A DNA stretch of 63,916 bases, counting the filler, from Octopus bimaculoides (taxonomy: Eukaryota): NCBI RefSeq assembly GCF_001194135.2. It is 9 parts of 9 records of this genome, joined end to end, with 100 filler letters (N's around TTAATTAATTAA, not from the genome) between each part and the next. Parts side by side here need not be neighbours in the genome. Positions count along the whole stretch, not along the records: positions 58,370 to 62,616 come from NC_068982.1; positions 62,717 to 63,916 come from NW_026316338.1; 7 more parts are not named here. One strand, written 5' to 3'. Both the position numbers and the translations under genes were made by a program. A model generated the notes under the pieces. It was not told the origin of the DNA, ran no database searches, and saw nothing but the letters and a program-made list of their open reading frames with translations. Each line of letters opens with the position of its first letter. Positions within the stretch are counted from its first letter, which is position 1. Of this stretch, positions 61,754 through 63,916 are shown piece after piece.

Positions 61754-61925
61754 GCCTTGTGAGTGGATTTGGTAGACGGAAACTGAAAGAAGCCCGTTGT
61801 ATATATGTATATGTATATGTATGTGTGCGTATATGTTTGTGTGTCTGTGTTTGTCCCCCCCACTACATCGCTTGACAACTGATGCTGGGGTGTTTACTGT
61901 CCCCGTAACTTAGCAGTTCAACAAC
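60985..61925. mobile_element. SINE family 1 pieces head-to-head around (CA)n; plus-strand piece duplicated across a gap
   Basis: Minus 3' half 60985-61145; plus middle at 61217-61329 and 61749-61925. Confidence 0.8.
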
Positions 61926-62039
61926 TACTATCTGCCTCCACTTTTCTCGTATCACATGTGAACGAGTGTAGTTTCCGGTAAAAGAGAAGTTGCATTTACA
62001 ATAGCAATATTTTTTTAAATGCTATCAAGTTGACACAGT

Positions 62040-62336
62040 TTGTGGCTTTCACTTGCAATGTTCTCTTCGTAGGTCTGGAATTCCAAATTTCCCAGGCAAA
62101 TCAAGATCAAGCTGTTCATTGCAACTGTTGAATCAGTGCTATTATATGGCAGTGGAACATGGACACTGATAAAGAAATGATCAAACGGGCTAAATGGATG
62201 CTACACAAGGATGCTATGAATGGCTCTAAATGTGAAATGGCAGCAACATGACAAATGAATGCATTTATGGAGACCTGTCGAAAGTTAACGAGAAGAGCAG
62301 GCAAAGACAGCTACGACTATCTAATCACTGTGTAAC
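62040..62336 (+). mobile_element. RTE-clade LINE C-terminal fragment (different family)
   Basis: IKIKLFIATVESVLLYGSGTWTL...GCYTRML*MALNVKWQQH...RQRQLRL..HC. Confidence 0.75.
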
Positions 62337-62717
62337 ATTGTTCGTTTTTTTTTCCGTCCTTGTTTTTGTATACATTCGCTGCTTTCTTCCAAGGAATGTA
62401 ATGCTCTTAGCTTAGTTTTTCCTTGGGGCTGGCCAGATTGAAGCAATATCGAGAATAACCAGCCGAAATTGCAAAGATAATCTAGATCTCGACTGAAGAG
62501 AGAAAACTTCGAATGACATGTCCGTGTTTTCTTTGTATCGTCTATCTGTATGTTTTGTCTCTTTCTTGTATCACCTAACTGTCTGGATGTTTTTTCATTC
62601 TTGTCCCATTCTGTATNNNNNNNNNNNNNNNNNNNNNNNNNNNNNNNNNNNNNNNNNNNNTTAATTAATTAANNNNNNNNNNNNNNNNNNNNNNNNNNNN
62701 NNNNNNNNNNNNNNNNC

Positions 62718-62761
62718 ATGGAAAGCGGACGTTAAACGATGATGATGATGATGATGATGAT
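62718..62761 (+). mobile_element. RTE 3' tail
   Basis: catggaaagcggacgttaaacgatgatgat. Confidence 0.8.
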
Positions 62762-63500
62762 ATGGAAAAAATATCTACCGTTCAACAAATGCCACCCCAG
62801 ACACACCAGAATGAATATCCCCTTCAACTTAGCAAAAAGGATATGTACTATAATTTCTAATGCAAATACCAGAGACACACGACTACATGAACTAAAAGAT
62901 ACACTCATCACCAGGAACTACCCACCTTCACTAATTGACATATGCTTTCAACTCAACATCCAGGAACTCAGACATCCAAAATTAAAGAAGGATCTACAAC
63001 CAAAAGCCCTACCATACATCTCCACACACAACCCTCTCAACAATGAAACCTTCGACACCATCCTACAAAACAGTCCCCTGCTAAAAAAAGGACCACAGAA
63101 TGAACTCAATCCTCCAAACACACACCATCATAAAAAGCAAGCGACAACCTAAATGTATGAAAAGTCTCCTAACACAAGCCCGAATACGCTCAACAACACA
63201 GAAGCCGTCAGTAAAAAAATGCAGAAGACCCAACTGTGGGATATGCGTCAATTTAATTGAGGGATCAGAGTTCTCCTTCAAACAGGGACAACGTTTCACA
63301 GTGAAAAGCAACTTCACATGTGCTTCGGGGAACCTGATACTCTGGGTGTCAAGAGTAATACATAGGCCAAACAAGAAAAACAGTCTACGTAAAAGAATGG
63401 CTCTGCACAGATCCCAGATCAAAATTCCTCAAAACAAAAAAATAGCATTCAGCATTGCTGTTTAGAATAACACCTACACAAATTTTATAAACAAAACATT
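62762..63500 (+). mobile_element. Penelope-like element, RT C-terminus plus Cys-rich linker and GIY-YIG (Neptune-like by inference)
   Basis: YLPFNKCHPRHTRMNIPFNLAKRICTIIS, LPYISTHNP, KRQPK..KSLLT, KKCRRPNCGIC, FTCASGNLI, SLRKRMALHRSQI; frameshifted. Confidence 0.85.
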
Positions 63501-63916
63501 CAGAAGAAATGTTTCAAGAATTCAATTACTACTACCATCCACAACGGGTCATCTTCAGGACACTTGACCATTTAACATACTACTATCATGGCACTCCCAC
63601 ATTCTTCTTCTTCTTTTTCCCTACCAAGAATTCACAACACACAAGAGTAAACAAGAGAGACAGATATCTTGATCCTGTTTCAGTCATTGACTTTGATGAG
63701 TGAATAACGACGGAAATTATTTTAAAACGCAAAAAGAGTATTATTTGTGTAGATAATGTTTTAAACTTCAATGACTTACAAATCTGCAAAAGAATTAGTA
63801 GAAGAAAAACTGGTACAGTTGTCTCCCTTCCTCCATAAAGTCTTCAGTTGTGACAATTATTTTCCCAACATTTTTTTTTCAGTTTGTGAATATTCATAAA
63901 TTAAAAGAAATTAAAG

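Noticed and set aside
62488-62525. CTGAAGA-GAG..CTTC-GAAT motif in a Penelope-like tail
   Set aside because: GAAA is broken and stem I cannot form.

Overview
Repeat-dominated, AT-rich animal genomic DNA from a gapped draft scaffold. The SINE, RTE and Penelope families and the very dense microsatellites suggest a coleoid cephalopod such as Octopus (inference from pattern recognition, not a database match). The only host coding sequence I can support is one minus-strand exon (30199-30540, ATG at 30479) encoding the N-terminus of an SDR16C-type short-chain dehydrogenase (retinol dehydrogenase/HSD17B11-like). No other exon of it is recognisable. The rest is a mobile-element graveyard: RTE LINEs (one RT carries an inserted PHD-type zinc finger), degenerate L1/Tx1, CRE and R4/Dong fragments, two kinds of Penelope-like GIY-YIG ends, mariner/Tc1, hAT, piggyBac- and pogo-type MITEs, and several SINE families. 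The most interesting signals are: (i) minimal type I hammerhead-ribozyme motifs in short Penelope-like tails, one with an intact core (5139-5214, minus) and a family carrying a CUGUUGA core variant; (ii) four long fold-back structures, two with unusual histories (a SINE inserted at a palindrome apex, and a mariner inverted repeat extending into flanking DNA); (iii) the PHD-containing RTE RT running in frame into a Penelope GIY-YIG domain. Nearly all ORFs in the supplied track are microsatellite or N-gap artefacts. Ends of degenerate elements are approximate (tens of bp).
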